DNA of 64,000 nucleotides from an uncultured Pseudomonadales bacterium (lineage in GTDB: Bacteria > Patescibacteriota > Microgenomatia > UBA1400 > MFAQ01). Position 1 is the stretch's first letter. Each line of letters begins with the position of its first letter. The DNA lies in contig CAZDXN010000001.1 in assembly GCA_964509695.1 (NCBI GenBank), positions 51,188 to 115,187 of the forward strand, written 5' to 3'. Shown here one piece after another: positions 56,320 to 64,000 of the stretch. The translations under genes were made by a program, and so were the position numbers. The notes below the pieces were generated by a model. It was not told the origin of the DNA, searched no databases, and saw only the letters and a program-made list of their open reading frames with translations.

Positions 56320-56930
56320 AGTTGCAGATAATCTGTTAACCTATTTATTCTTGTATTTAACACCTCACTACCAAAGACGAACGCAATCTTTTCCAGTTCC
56401 GGCCGATTCAGTTTTTCCTTTAAAAGTTCTTCGTTAAATCTCAACCCCCGGATATCGTCTGTCCCCGCCACTTGGGGATTAAGATAAAGGTAGTCGACAA
56501 TTGTCTTTTCCAATGAGGCAATTTTGTAAGTTGTCCCGTCGTTGGTAATCATTTGATAACCAAAAAATAGCCGTGTATCTAGAGACTTGTAGTCAAAGGT
56601 CCCAATTTTTGTCTCTACACTCAACGTCTTGTTTGTAGTCACAGAGGTAACTCTCATTACCGCTTCGGGAATTATCCCATAGTGATTCAGGGCCAGCTCC
56701 AAAGATACGTAGGAAGGGTCGTAGAGTTTGTTTGCAATCAGGTAAAGATCATAATTTGTAGGTTTGTAGTCCGCAAACATATACTTTTTGCTACGTAGTT
56801 TAGTCACCCAAGTTTTCTTTTCCCATTCATAGAGGGTTTCGAGCCTGAACGCAGGATCCACAACATACAGGTCCTCTATCGAGAAAACCTTCAGTTTGCC
56901 TAGTTTCTGTTTGATGTCGAAGTATTTCAT
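56316..56930 (-). CDS. AbiEi-like antitoxin / wHTH regulator
   Basis: PSYVSLELAL.HYGIIPE, VTSVT, IASLEKTIVDYLY; ATGA-coupled to the toxin. Confidence 0.8.
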   Translation of the reverse strand: MKYFDIKQKLGKLKVFSIEDLYVVDPAFRLETLYEWEKKTWVTKLRSKKYMFADYKPTNYDLYLIANKLYDPSYVSLELALNHYGIIPEAVMRVTSVTTNKTLSVETKIGTFDYKSLDTRLFFGYQMITNDGTTYKIASLEKTIVDYLYLNPQVAGTDDIRGLRFNEELLKEKLNRPELEKIAFVFGSEVLNTRINRLTDYLQL

Positions 56931-56965
56931 TTCTAAATACTACGCTTTACCGTAGGATTTGTCAA
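56931..56965 (-). promoter_or_regulatory. Leaderless sigma70 promoter with inverted-repeat operator for the second AbiE pair
   Basis: On -: TTGACA (56965-60), 17 nt, TAGTAT (56942-37), 6 nt, ATG. Inverted repeat AAATACTACG / CGTAGGATTT (56935-44 / 56951-60; 9/10). Confidence 0.7.
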
Positions 56966-57021
56966 TAGAACCAGATGGGTGACTGCTCGGGATTGGTTGT
57001 GTCGTGTGGGATAATAAGGCG

Positions 57022-58413
57022 GTGAAACAGAAAATTGTTTGGCTCGCCCTATTGCCAGCTCTTATTTACTTGTCATCTTTAACCAATTTTTTCTCTGCGG
57101 ACGACTGGTTTCATTTACGGGTTTCAAATATAGACAAATTGTCCGAGTTTTTAAACTTTTTCTCTTTCGAAAAAACCGCACAGTCAATCGCCTTTTATCG
57201 ACCTCTACCCACTCAGGTGTTCTTCTTCGTCTTCCAAAAACTCTTCGGACTCAACCAGATTCCATATCATCTTTTTGTACTCATCTGTTTCGGATATTCG
57301 CTTTATTTAATCCACAAGCTCGCCCTCATCTTGCTGAACTCTGAAAAAAAAGCAGTGCTTGCAACCATGATCTATGGATTTTCGGTCAGTAATTTTACCC
57401 GGCTTTATTTTCTTTCGGCTTTCCAGGAGATCGCCCTGGTCATTTTTGCCTGTCTCTGTCTCCTGAGTCATATCAATAATCAAAAATGGCGGAGCCTGGC
57501 CTTCTTCGTCCTGGCACTTCTGTCAAAGGAAACGGCCGTCATGCTTCCAGTAATTCTGTTGTTCCTGACCTGGTATCAAAAGAAAATCGATTTCCGGAAA
57601 CTTTTGCCTTTTGTCTTAATCCTTCTGCCCTATTTATACTTAAGACTTATCCGATTCGGTGGGGCCGCCGGCGAAACATATATTTGGAACCCCTCTCTGC
57701 TCAAGGCGGGAAACACTCTGATGTGGTACTTTCTTTGGTCTCTGGGGGCGCCCGAGCTACTGATTGACTATATTGGTAGCGGCCTCCGGCCCATCCCGAG
57801 ATTCTTCACCGACTATCCAAGCTGGTGGCCGGTCATCCTCGGCCTACTTTTTGCCAATCTTGGCATCTTGTTTTATTTTTTTATTAGACGGATAAGAAAA
57901 ATCAATAGACTCTTGCTCGCCAGCGGTGTTCTCTTTGTCATCTCACTGCTCCCAGTATTATTCCTACCTCAACACAAATTTGCTCTCGAATTGGGTTTGC
58001 CTTTGATCTGGTTTTCGTTGGGAGTCGCCTCCCTTTTGCCTGAAAAAGGGAAATTCTTTCGTCTCTTCATATTTTCATATCTGGCTCTAAATCTCTCCAT
58101 GAATTACCTGACATATACTAGGCATTACTCAGTCGGAAGAGCCAAGATATCCAGAAAGATATTTGATTATGTAAACAGGAATTATCCTATAGCCCCCCAA
58201 GGATCATATTTTGAGTTTGTCAATGATACTGTAGACTACGGCCCCAGTTGGGGATCGAGTAAGCAAATAGCCAATAGCACCGGCAGGTCTGAGCTCTTCC
58301 GGGTTTTGTATCGAGACCCCGGTTATTCAGTCTATTTCGAGGACTTTCCGGGGGAACGTCCCGTAAACGAGAAAAAAATTCCATTAAGCACTAAAATGTT
58401 TGTCAGTGAATAA
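57022..58413 (+). CDS. GT-C-like multi-pass membrane glycosyltransferase
   Basis: FFSADDWFHL, FYRPL, YHL, LLSKETA. GTG 57022 is preceded by TGgGATAAT at 6 nt. Confidence 0.7.
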   Translation: MKQKIVWLALLPALIYLSSLTNFFSADDWFHLRVSNIDKLSEFLNFFSFEKTAQSIAFYRPLPTQVFFFVFQKLFGLNQIPYHLFVLICFGYSLYLIHKLALILLNSEKKAVLATMIYGFSVSNFTRLYFLSAFQEIALVIFACLCLLSHINNQKWRSLAFFVLALLSKETAVMLPVILLFLTWYQKKIDFRKLLPFVLILLPYLYLRLIRFGGAAGETYIWNPSLLKAGNTLMWYFLWSLGAPELLIDYIGSGLRPIPRFFTDYPSWWPVILGLLFANLGILFYFFIRRIRKINRLLLASGVLFVISLLPVLFLPQHKFALELGLPLIWFSLGVASLLPEKGKFFRLFIFSYLALNLSMNYLTYTRHYSVGRAKISRKIFDYVNRNYPIAPQGSYFEFVNDTVDYGPSWGSSKQIANSTGRSELFRVLYRDPGYSVYFEDFPGERPVNEKKIPLSTKMFVSE

Positions 58414-60034
58414 AAAAATTATCTTTTTGATCTTGGCCTTAATCTCCTCGGTCTCTCTACTCCTACGGCTGTACCACATTGACCTCCTGCCTCTTTACGC
58501 CGACGAAGTTGGCGGGCACTATCAATTTCTTGGGCAGCTTATCAAAACCGGCAATCCTTACTTCGGTTTCATTTCTTACACCTGGCTTTTTAGCCTCACC
58601 CATCTGGGGGCAAGGTTCGGGGTTGCCCTCTATAGCTCGCTCTTCGTCTTCGCCATTTACCTCCTGACCAAGGCAATCAGCGGCAAAAATAATGTCTCAC
58701 TCTTGGCCGCTGGCCTTACCGCGATCGTCCCCTGGAGTTTCATGATCGGCCGGATCGGCCATTCATTTGTGCCCGTCTTCGTTCTGACCGTAATTCTTCA
58801 CCTTTATTTCTTTCTTCGCTCCTCAACGATCAAAGATTATCTGATCAGCCTGTTCTTCTTGGGCTGGGGTTTATTTTTGTATCCCTCAATGGCGGTGATC
58901 GCTCCTTTCGCGGCGCTATTAGTTTCGGTCTATCTTTTCAGGCTGCTGCCCCAAAGGCGGCGTTTGCCGATCCTAGCAGTGGCCGCGCTGGTTATCACTG
59001 TTTGTGGAATGGTGGTAAATAACCGCTTTAATATTTTTAGTCTCAGTGGGCGAGCCTTGGACTTGGCCATTTGGCGGGATGTCAACACGCCCTGGGAAAT
59101 AGATAAGTACCGTGCTTTAAGCTGGAACTCTACTCCTTCAATTTTCTCCTTCGGTCTGCCTCCAGAACAATTAGCCAACAAACTTGTCTACAACCGTGCC
59201 ATGGCCAACATCTCGACCTTTACCCGAAATTATCTCTCCTTCTTTTCTCCGGACTGGTTATTCCTGAAAGGCGATCCGGTTCTCCGCCACTCTACCGGTC
59301 AAGTCGGCGCCTTCTATCCATTCCTTCTACCATTCATGCTTTACGGAGCCCTTAAGTTTTTCCAAACAGAAGATAAGAAGAGACGGCTCACCTTTCTGCT
59401 TTGGATTCTGATTTCTCCGATTCCGGCGGCAATTACCAAAGACGGTGCCGGTTATTTGCTCCGCGTCGTCACTATGCTCCCATTTCTTACCTATTTTTGT
59501 GCTCTCGGTCTTGCCGACTCATTTAATCTAATTCACAAACGACTTAAGCCTTATTACTTTATTTTCTTGTCACTCATATTCATCTACTCCGCCTATTATT
59601 TCTTCTACGGCTACTTCCACGTCTATCCGGCTCTTTCCGCCCGAGCCTATGAATATGGTTTCAGAGAGCTATCCGATTTCCAGGTCAGCCATCAGAACAA
59701 AACTATGCTTGTTATCTGGGACGGTTACTACCACAACAACGATTTCCGCTTCTGGCAAAAAACACCTTTTGATCGATACGAATCCTTTAAGATAAAACAG
59801 ATCGTCATCGGGGAATCTACCTTCTGGCAAACATTCCCAAATCTCTATTTTTCATCCCCCAAGTCTGCAAAAGAGGTTGGAGATTTCATCAAACAATACA
59901 AGCCATCATTTGTTGTTCTTCCCGATCGATATTTTGTAAAGTATCCGGTTGAGATCGAAAACTTGCTTGACCCAGCCGAGCAGATCAAATACCCCGACCA
60001 AACCACCGCCCTTACAATCTACACGGTCAGGTAA
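58400..60034 (+). CDS. ArnT/PMT-family (GT-C) membrane glycosyltransferase
   Basis: LLRLY...LYADE, ARF, PWS...R, FSPDWLFLKGD..LRH, PIPAAIT...LR. Confidence 0.8.
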   Translation: MSVNKKIIFLILALISSVSLLLRLYHIDLLPLYADEVGGHYQFLGQLIKTGNPYFGFISYTWLFSLTHLGARFGVALYSSLFVFAIYLLTKAISGKNNVSLLAAGLTAIVPWSFMIGRIGHSFVPVFVLTVILHLYFFLRSSTIKDYLISLFFLGWGLFLYPSMAVIAPFAALLVSVYLFRLLPQRRRLPILAVAALVITVCGMVVNNRFNIFSLSGRALDLAIWRDVNTPWEIDKYRALSWNSTPSIFSFGLPPEQLANKLVYNRAMANISTFTRNYLSFFSPDWLFLKGDPVLRHSTGQVGAFYPFLLPFMLYGALKFFQTEDKKRRLTFLLWILISPIPAAITKDGAGYLLRVVTMLPFLTYFCALGLADSFNLIHKRLKPYYFIFLSLIFIYSAYYFFYGYFHVYPALSARAYEYGFRELSDFQVSHQNKTMLVIWDGYYHNNDFRFWQKTPFDRYESFKIKQIVIGESTFWQTFPNLYFSSPKSAKEVGDFIKQYKPSFVVLPDRYFVKYPVEIENLLDPAEQIKYPDQTTALTIYTVR

Positions 60035-60102
60035 TCTGCCTTTGACATTCGGGTAATCTTCGTAATATAGTGAAGTTTAGATAAACAGTTAATAAAGTAG
60101 AT

Positions 60103-60411
60103 ATGTACACCATTATTGTCGAGAAAAAGGTGGAGCGATTTATTAAAAGTCTGCAGAAAAGTGCCCAGGGTAAGGTCGTGCGTCTTAAAAAATTAATGGT
60201 CGAATATGGAGGTGATTTGGGGATGCCTCATTCAAAAATATTATCCAGAAGGCTTTATGAACTAAGGGTCCGCGGAAAACAGGAAATCAGAATCTTCTAT
60301 ACATCGGTAGACCACCGAGTCATCTTGTTTCACGGGTTTATCAAGAAGACGTATCGAACCCTCAAAAAGGAGTTGGAACTCGCTCACAAAATTCTTAAAG
60401 CAATAGTATAA
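60103..60411 (+). CDS. RelE/HigB-superfamily toxin (Gp49/DUF891-like)
   Basis: LGMPHSK...LYELRVRG...RIFY...LFHGFIKKT. Upstream TTGACA-17-TAATAT. Confidence 0.85.
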   Translation: MYTIIVEKKVERFIKSLQKSAQGKVVRLKKLMVEYGGDLGMPHSKILSRRLYELRVRGKQEIRIFYTSVDHRVILFHGFIKKTYRTLKKELELAHKILKAIV

Positions 60412-60433
60412 CACATATGATATAATGACCCCC

Positions 60434-60721
60434 ATGAGAAAACTTAAGTTCAGAAACTTCGATGAGTTGGAAAAGGAACTTTTGGCAGATCCCGAAGTCA
60501 AGAGGCTTTACGATGAAATGGAGTCTGAATATCAAGTAATTTCCGCCGTTATTGGGAAGAGGTTGGAAAAAAAGATGAGTCAAAAAGACCTGGCGGATCG
60601 TATTGGTACCAAACAATCGGCCATTTCCCGTCTCGAGTCTGGTAATTCCAACCCCTCGATTCAATTTCTTGATAAGGTCGCCAAGGCCCTTGATGGCCAA
60701 CTCCAGATAAAAATTATTTAA
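60434..60721 (+). CDS. XRE-family HTH antitoxin (HigA-like)
   Basis: MSQKDLADRIGTKQSAISRLESG..NPSI. Own TGaTATAAT 7 nt before ATG 60434; alternative start at 60425. Confidence 0.88.
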   Translation: MRKLKFRNFDELEKELLADPEVKRLYDEMESEYQVISAVIGKRLEKKMSQKDLADRIGTKQSAISRLESGNSNPSIQFLDKVAKALDGQLQIKII

Positions 60722-60722
60722 A

Positions 60723-61742
60723 ATGACAAGAAAGAATAAAGTCGCTTTTATTACCGGAATCACCGGCCAAGATGGTTCTTATCTAGCCGAATTTTTGTTG
60801 GACAAGAATTACACGGTCTACGGTTTACTTCGTCGAAAAAGTAAACCCGATTACGGCAACGTTTCCCATATCCGCAATCAGATAAACTTCATTTTTGGTG
60901 ACCTGGCTGATCCTGCATGTCTTTCAATGTATCTGGCCAAAATTATGCCCGATGAAATCTATAATCTCGGCGCCCAGTCTCACGTCCACGAATCGTGGCT
61001 GCAACCGTTGGCGACTGCCGATCAGACCGGACTTGGGGCCTTACGCATTTTCGAATCCGTCAGAAATGTCTGCCCGAAGACCCGCGTCTACCAAGCCAGT
61101 ACCAGCGAACTTTTTGGTGAAACCAAGATCTCCCCCCAAGATGAGAACACCCCCATTTCTCCAGCCAATCCTTATGCCGCAGCCAAGGCCCTCGCCCATT
61201 TTGACGCCCGAATCTACCGAAAATCATTCAATTTATTTATTTCAACCGGAATTCTCTTTAACCACGAAAGTCCCAGAAGAAGTCCAGATTTTGTGACGAG
61301 AAAAGTCAGTCTGGCCGTCGCCTCGATTAAATTGGGACTAAAAAGTCACCAAATCCCTTTGGGGCAGGGAGGGGAGCCGGTGGTGAATTCGGCCGGAAAA
61401 CTCGAGCTGGGGAACCTGGACTCGGTTCGGGACTGGGGTTTTGCCGGCGATTACGTCGAGTCAATGTGGAAAATCCTGCAGTACAAAAACCCTGACGATT
61501 TTGTCATTGCCACCGGCAAGGGTCACACCATCAAGGACTTATGTCAGGTCGCCTTCAACTACGTAGGTCTCGATTGGAAAGATTATGTCGTCAGCAATCC
61601 AAAGTGGGTCAGGCCAACAGAGACCGGACCCTTGATCGGAAATGCCGGCAAAGCCAAAAAACTACTCAACTGGAAGCCAAAAACAAGTTTCAAGCAATTG
61701 ATCGAAATGATGGTCGAGTCCGACCTTTCTCTTTTACGCTAA
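60723..61742 (+). CDS. gmd: GDP-mannose 4,6-dehydratase
   Basis: FITGITGQDGSYLAE, YNLGAQSHV, YQASTSELFG, PYAAAK, GILFNHESPRR, FVTRK, RDWG. Confidence 0.95.
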   Translation: MTRKNKVAFITGITGQDGSYLAEFLLDKNYTVYGLLRRKSKPDYGNVSHIRNQINFIFGDLADPACLSMYLAKIMPDEIYNLGAQSHVHESWLQPLATADQTGLGALRIFESVRNVCPKTRVYQASTSELFGETKISPQDENTPISPANPYAAAKALAHFDARIYRKSFNLFISTGILFNHESPRRSPDFVTRKVSLAVASIKLGLKSHQIPLGQGGEPVVNSAGKLELGNLDSVRDWGFAGDYVESMWKILQYKNPDDFVIATGKGHTIKDLCQVAFNYVGLDWKDYVVSNPKWVRPTETGPLIGNAGKAKKLLNWKPKTSFKQLIEMMVESDLSLLR

Positions 61743-61816
61743 ACTCTTTTGGTTACAGTTTACACTTAACTATAAACTATGAATTAGGATATTATTGATT
61801 GTCGTATAATACACTC

Positions 61817-62077
61817 ATGGTAAACAAAAAAGGAAATATAAAAAGAAAGAAAATTCTCCAGTATTATGCCGTCTTTCAAGAGGAAGATGACGGTGGTTTT
61901 TCTGTTTGGGTGCCATCACTACCAGGTTGTTGTTCCCAAGGGGACACTCTGGAGGGGGCTACAAACAACATTCGTGAGGCAATCGAACTTTATCTAGAAG
62001 AAACTCCTAACAAAAAGTATCCCAGTGAAGTTCGCCAGAAACAGTTTCTTGTCCCCATCAGGGTATCTTATGCCTAA
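61817..62077 (+). CDS. hicB: HicB-family antitoxin (short, no DNA-binding domain)
   Basis: GGFSVWVPSLPGCCSQGDTLE.A..NIREAIELYLE. TATAAT lies 6 nt before ATG 61817. Confidence 0.88.
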   Translation: MVNKKGNIKRKKILQYYAVFQEEDDGGFSVWVPSLPGCCSQGDTLEGATNNIREAIELYLEETPNKKYPSEVRQKQFLVPIRVSYA

Positions 62078-62300
62078 ATTGCCTCAAATCTCCGCAAATC
62101 AACTTCTTCGAGCACTTCAGAAGATTGGTTTCAGGACAGTCTCACAAAAGGGGAGCCATATTAAATTACACAGAACAATTAACAAGCGCATTCAGACGAT
62201 AATTGTTCCCAACCACAAATCAATCCGCAAGGGAACGCTCAAGAATGGAATTCTTAACCAGATTCCTATTTCGGTCAATGAGTTTCTCAAGCTTCTCTAG
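62070..62300 (+). CDS. hicA: HicA-family mRNA interferase toxin
   Basis: MPKLP...L.KIGF...QKGSH...VPNH...GTL. Confidence 0.88.
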   Translation: MPKLPQISANQLLRALQKIGFRTVSQKGSHIKLHRTINKRIQTIIVPNHKSIRKGTLKNGILNQIPISVNEFLKLL

Positions 62301-62326
62301 ATCCGAATTTTCGATAGAATAGAACT

Positions 62327-63565
62327 GTGGACAAAGCCAAACGATTATTAATATCCCAAACCACCAGAGATACTCTCATTAGTTTCACGGGCTTAGTCAC
62401 GATCGCCGTTGCCGGTATGATTTTTACCGTCATCACCGCTCGGGCCTTGGACCCCGCCTTGTTTGGCGTCTTTTCTGCTCTCAACGCCCTCGTCGGCCTC
62501 CTCTCCAGTCTGGGGGACCTCGGCATCTCCTCGGCCCTAGTTAATTTCATTCCCAAGTTCCCCAACCGCCGCAATATTCTTATCTCAGTTACCTTCTGGT
62601 TTCAAATTACCGTCACCTCGGTTCTGACGTTACTTCTGATTTCCGCCGGGCTGGTACACAACCTCATTGTGCCCGGATCCGAAACAGGCCACTTTGTCAT
62701 TATAGGATTTCTTACCGGTTTCTATATTCTTCAGGGGTTTGCTCTAGGAATATTTAACGCCGAAAAGAAGTTTTTCCAAGCCTCATTTATTCAGGGATTT
62801 GATTCTGTTTTGAAGTTGACTATCACCGCCGCCATCTTTTTTGGCGGTCATCTCAACATCGAACTGGCTCTCCTCGCCAACCTGATCTCCTGCGCCCTGT
62901 CTTTGGTCTATGGTTTTTACGGTGAGTTTCGAAACATCCGACCCATATTTCCGAGAGAACAAATGGCCGAAATCTTCCGGTTCTCCAAATGGATCGCTCT
63001 CTCACGCACTTTTAGCGTCATGATCTCCCGGGTTGATATTCTGCTTCTCAACTTGCTCGCCGGAGGCTTTCAGGCCGGCATTTTCTCTGCCGCCAGCCGG
63101 ATCAGCCTTCTTTTTGTCCTCCTTGTCAGCAGCATCGGTTCTGTCACCGCCCCCCGGTTTTCCTCGTTCATCAATAAGAGCGACATAAAGAAATACCTAG
63201 GCAAAGTCGCAATTCTTGTCGGTGGAGTTAGTCTCTTGATGATCATCACCATTATCTTTGCCGATCCGATTGTCAAACTAGTCTTTGGCTCAAAATATAT
63301 CCAATCAATTTCCATTTTCCAGGCTCTAACCTTGGCTATGATCCCCTTCCTTCTTGGGGTAATAACCACCACTCCGCTTATCTATTCCCTAAACCAGCCA
63401 AAGTTTACTTCCCGCATCACCATCCTCCAAGTCTTGATAATTATTGGTCTTGATCTGGTTTTGATACCCCGATTCCAAGCGCTTGGACCCGTCATCTCTT
63501 TGGGTATTGCCAACACAATCACCCTGATCCTCTCCGGCTGGAAGCTATACTCACTCCTGAAATGA
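62327..63565 (+). CDS. wzx: Wzx-type oligosaccharide flippase (MOP superfamily)
   Basis: ~12 TMs; ARALDPALFG, DLGI..ALV.F, D.LLL...AGIFSAA.R, LVFGSKY, LIPRF..LG. Confidence 0.85.
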   Translation: MDKAKRLLISQTTRDTLISFTGLVTIAVAGMIFTVITARALDPALFGVFSALNALVGLLSSLGDLGISSALVNFIPKFPNRRNILISVTFWFQITVTSVLTLLLISAGLVHNLIVPGSETGHFVIIGFLTGFYILQGFALGIFNAEKKFFQASFIQGFDSVLKLTITAAIFFGGHLNIELALLANLISCALSLVYGFYGEFRNIRPIFPREQMAEIFRFSKWIALSRTFSVMISRVDILLLNLLAGGFQAGIFSAASRISLLFVLLVSSIGSVTAPRFSSFINKSDIKKYLGKVAILVGGVSLLMIITIIFADPIVKLVFGSKYIQSISIFQALTLAMIPFLLGVITTTPLIYSLNQPKFTSRITILQVLIIIGLDLVLIPRFQALGPVISLGIANTITLILSGWKLYSLLK

Positions 63566-64000
63566 AAAAAGATCGAATAGTTGTCCATTGTCTCCTTGCC
63601 AACGACGAACGCTTTGTCTGGTATGCCATCAACTCCGTTCTCCCTTTTGTCGATAGAATAATGATTTGGGACACGGGCTCGACCGATAGAACCGTTGCCA
63701 TCATCAAATCAATCAGGTCCAAAAAAATCGAATTCGTTGAAAAGGGACGAGTAGATGCTGAAATGCATACCAAGATGCGCGATCAAATGCTCCAAGAAAC
63801 CAATAAGACGAAATACGACTGGCTTCTGATTCTCGATGGCGACGAAATCTGGCCGGAGACAATGTTCCAAAAAATGCTAACCGAAGCAGAAAAAAAGAAA
63901 CCAATTGCCGTGGTCGTAAAGACAGTCAACTTTGTCGGAGATATTTACCACCGGACCCCAGAGTCTGCCGGCCGTTACCGTTTCGGCGACAAGATCGGCC
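63562..64000 (+). CDS. GT2 glycosyltransferase, 3'-truncated by the window edge
   Basis: ATG 63562 opens MKKDRIVVHCLLANDERFVWYAINSVLPFVDRIMIWDTGSTDRT...WLLILDGDEIW, with the frame open to the end. Confidence 0.85.
   Translation, partial: MKKDRIVVHCLLANDERFVWYAINSVLPFVDRIMIWDTGSTDRTVAIIKSIRSKKIEFVEKGRVDAEMHTKMRDQMLQETNKTKYDWLLILDGDEIWPETMFQKMLTEAEKKKPIAVVVKTVNFVGDIYHRTPESAGRYRFGDKIG

Noticed and set aside
1-64000. CRISPR array, rRNA, tRNA, transposase or integrase
   Set aside because: No regularly spaced repeat-spacer run, no non-coding stretch long enough, and no recombinase or transposase motifs were recognised in any ORF.
1-64000. Alternative genetic code (TGA recoding as in Gracilibacteria/SR1)
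   Set aside because: Full-length proteins tile the window under code 11, and TGA serves as the stop in many ATGA overlaps.

Overview
Gene-dense bacterial DNA read with the standard code (TGA is used as a stop, with many ATGA overlaps). Gene content and compactness suggest a Patescibacteria/CPR genome, possibly Microgenomates-like; this is an inference. Almost the whole 64 kb is one large cell-surface glycosylation and tailoring locus. It holds about 11 GT2 and 2 GT4 glycosyltransferases, about 8 multi-pass GT-C-like membrane proteins, and a Wzx-type flippase. Nucleotide-sugar enzymes include Gmd, a GalE-like epimerase, an HddA-like kinase, an SDR and a split transketolase-like pair, alongside an AsnB amidotransferase and an acetyltransferase. 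Tailoring capacity comprises 10 class I SAM methyltransferase domains, six cobalamin-binding-type radical SAM enzymes and one SPASM/twitch radical SAM, plus a ferredoxin and a ferredoxin-NADP reductase (FNR). Small defence/TA cassettes are interleaved: an AAA+/DUF4143 ATPase, two AbiEi-AbiEii pairs, a HigBA-like pair and HicBA. Non-coding structure is the most unusual part. (i) The promoter and first ~16 codons of the FNR gene occur three times, each extra copy closing a defence cassette, with no integrase in the window. (ii) TGTCAT-tagged palindromic elements sit in-frame inside two enzymes. (iii) Many genes have a -10 box 6-8 nt before the start codon (leaderless-type), including 21-bp bidirectional promoters. 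(iv) An unrecognised ~110-aa domain recurs in three membrane proteins. No rRNA, tRNA, CRISPR array, transposase or integrase was recognised. Family assignments come from motif reading only; no database searches were run.
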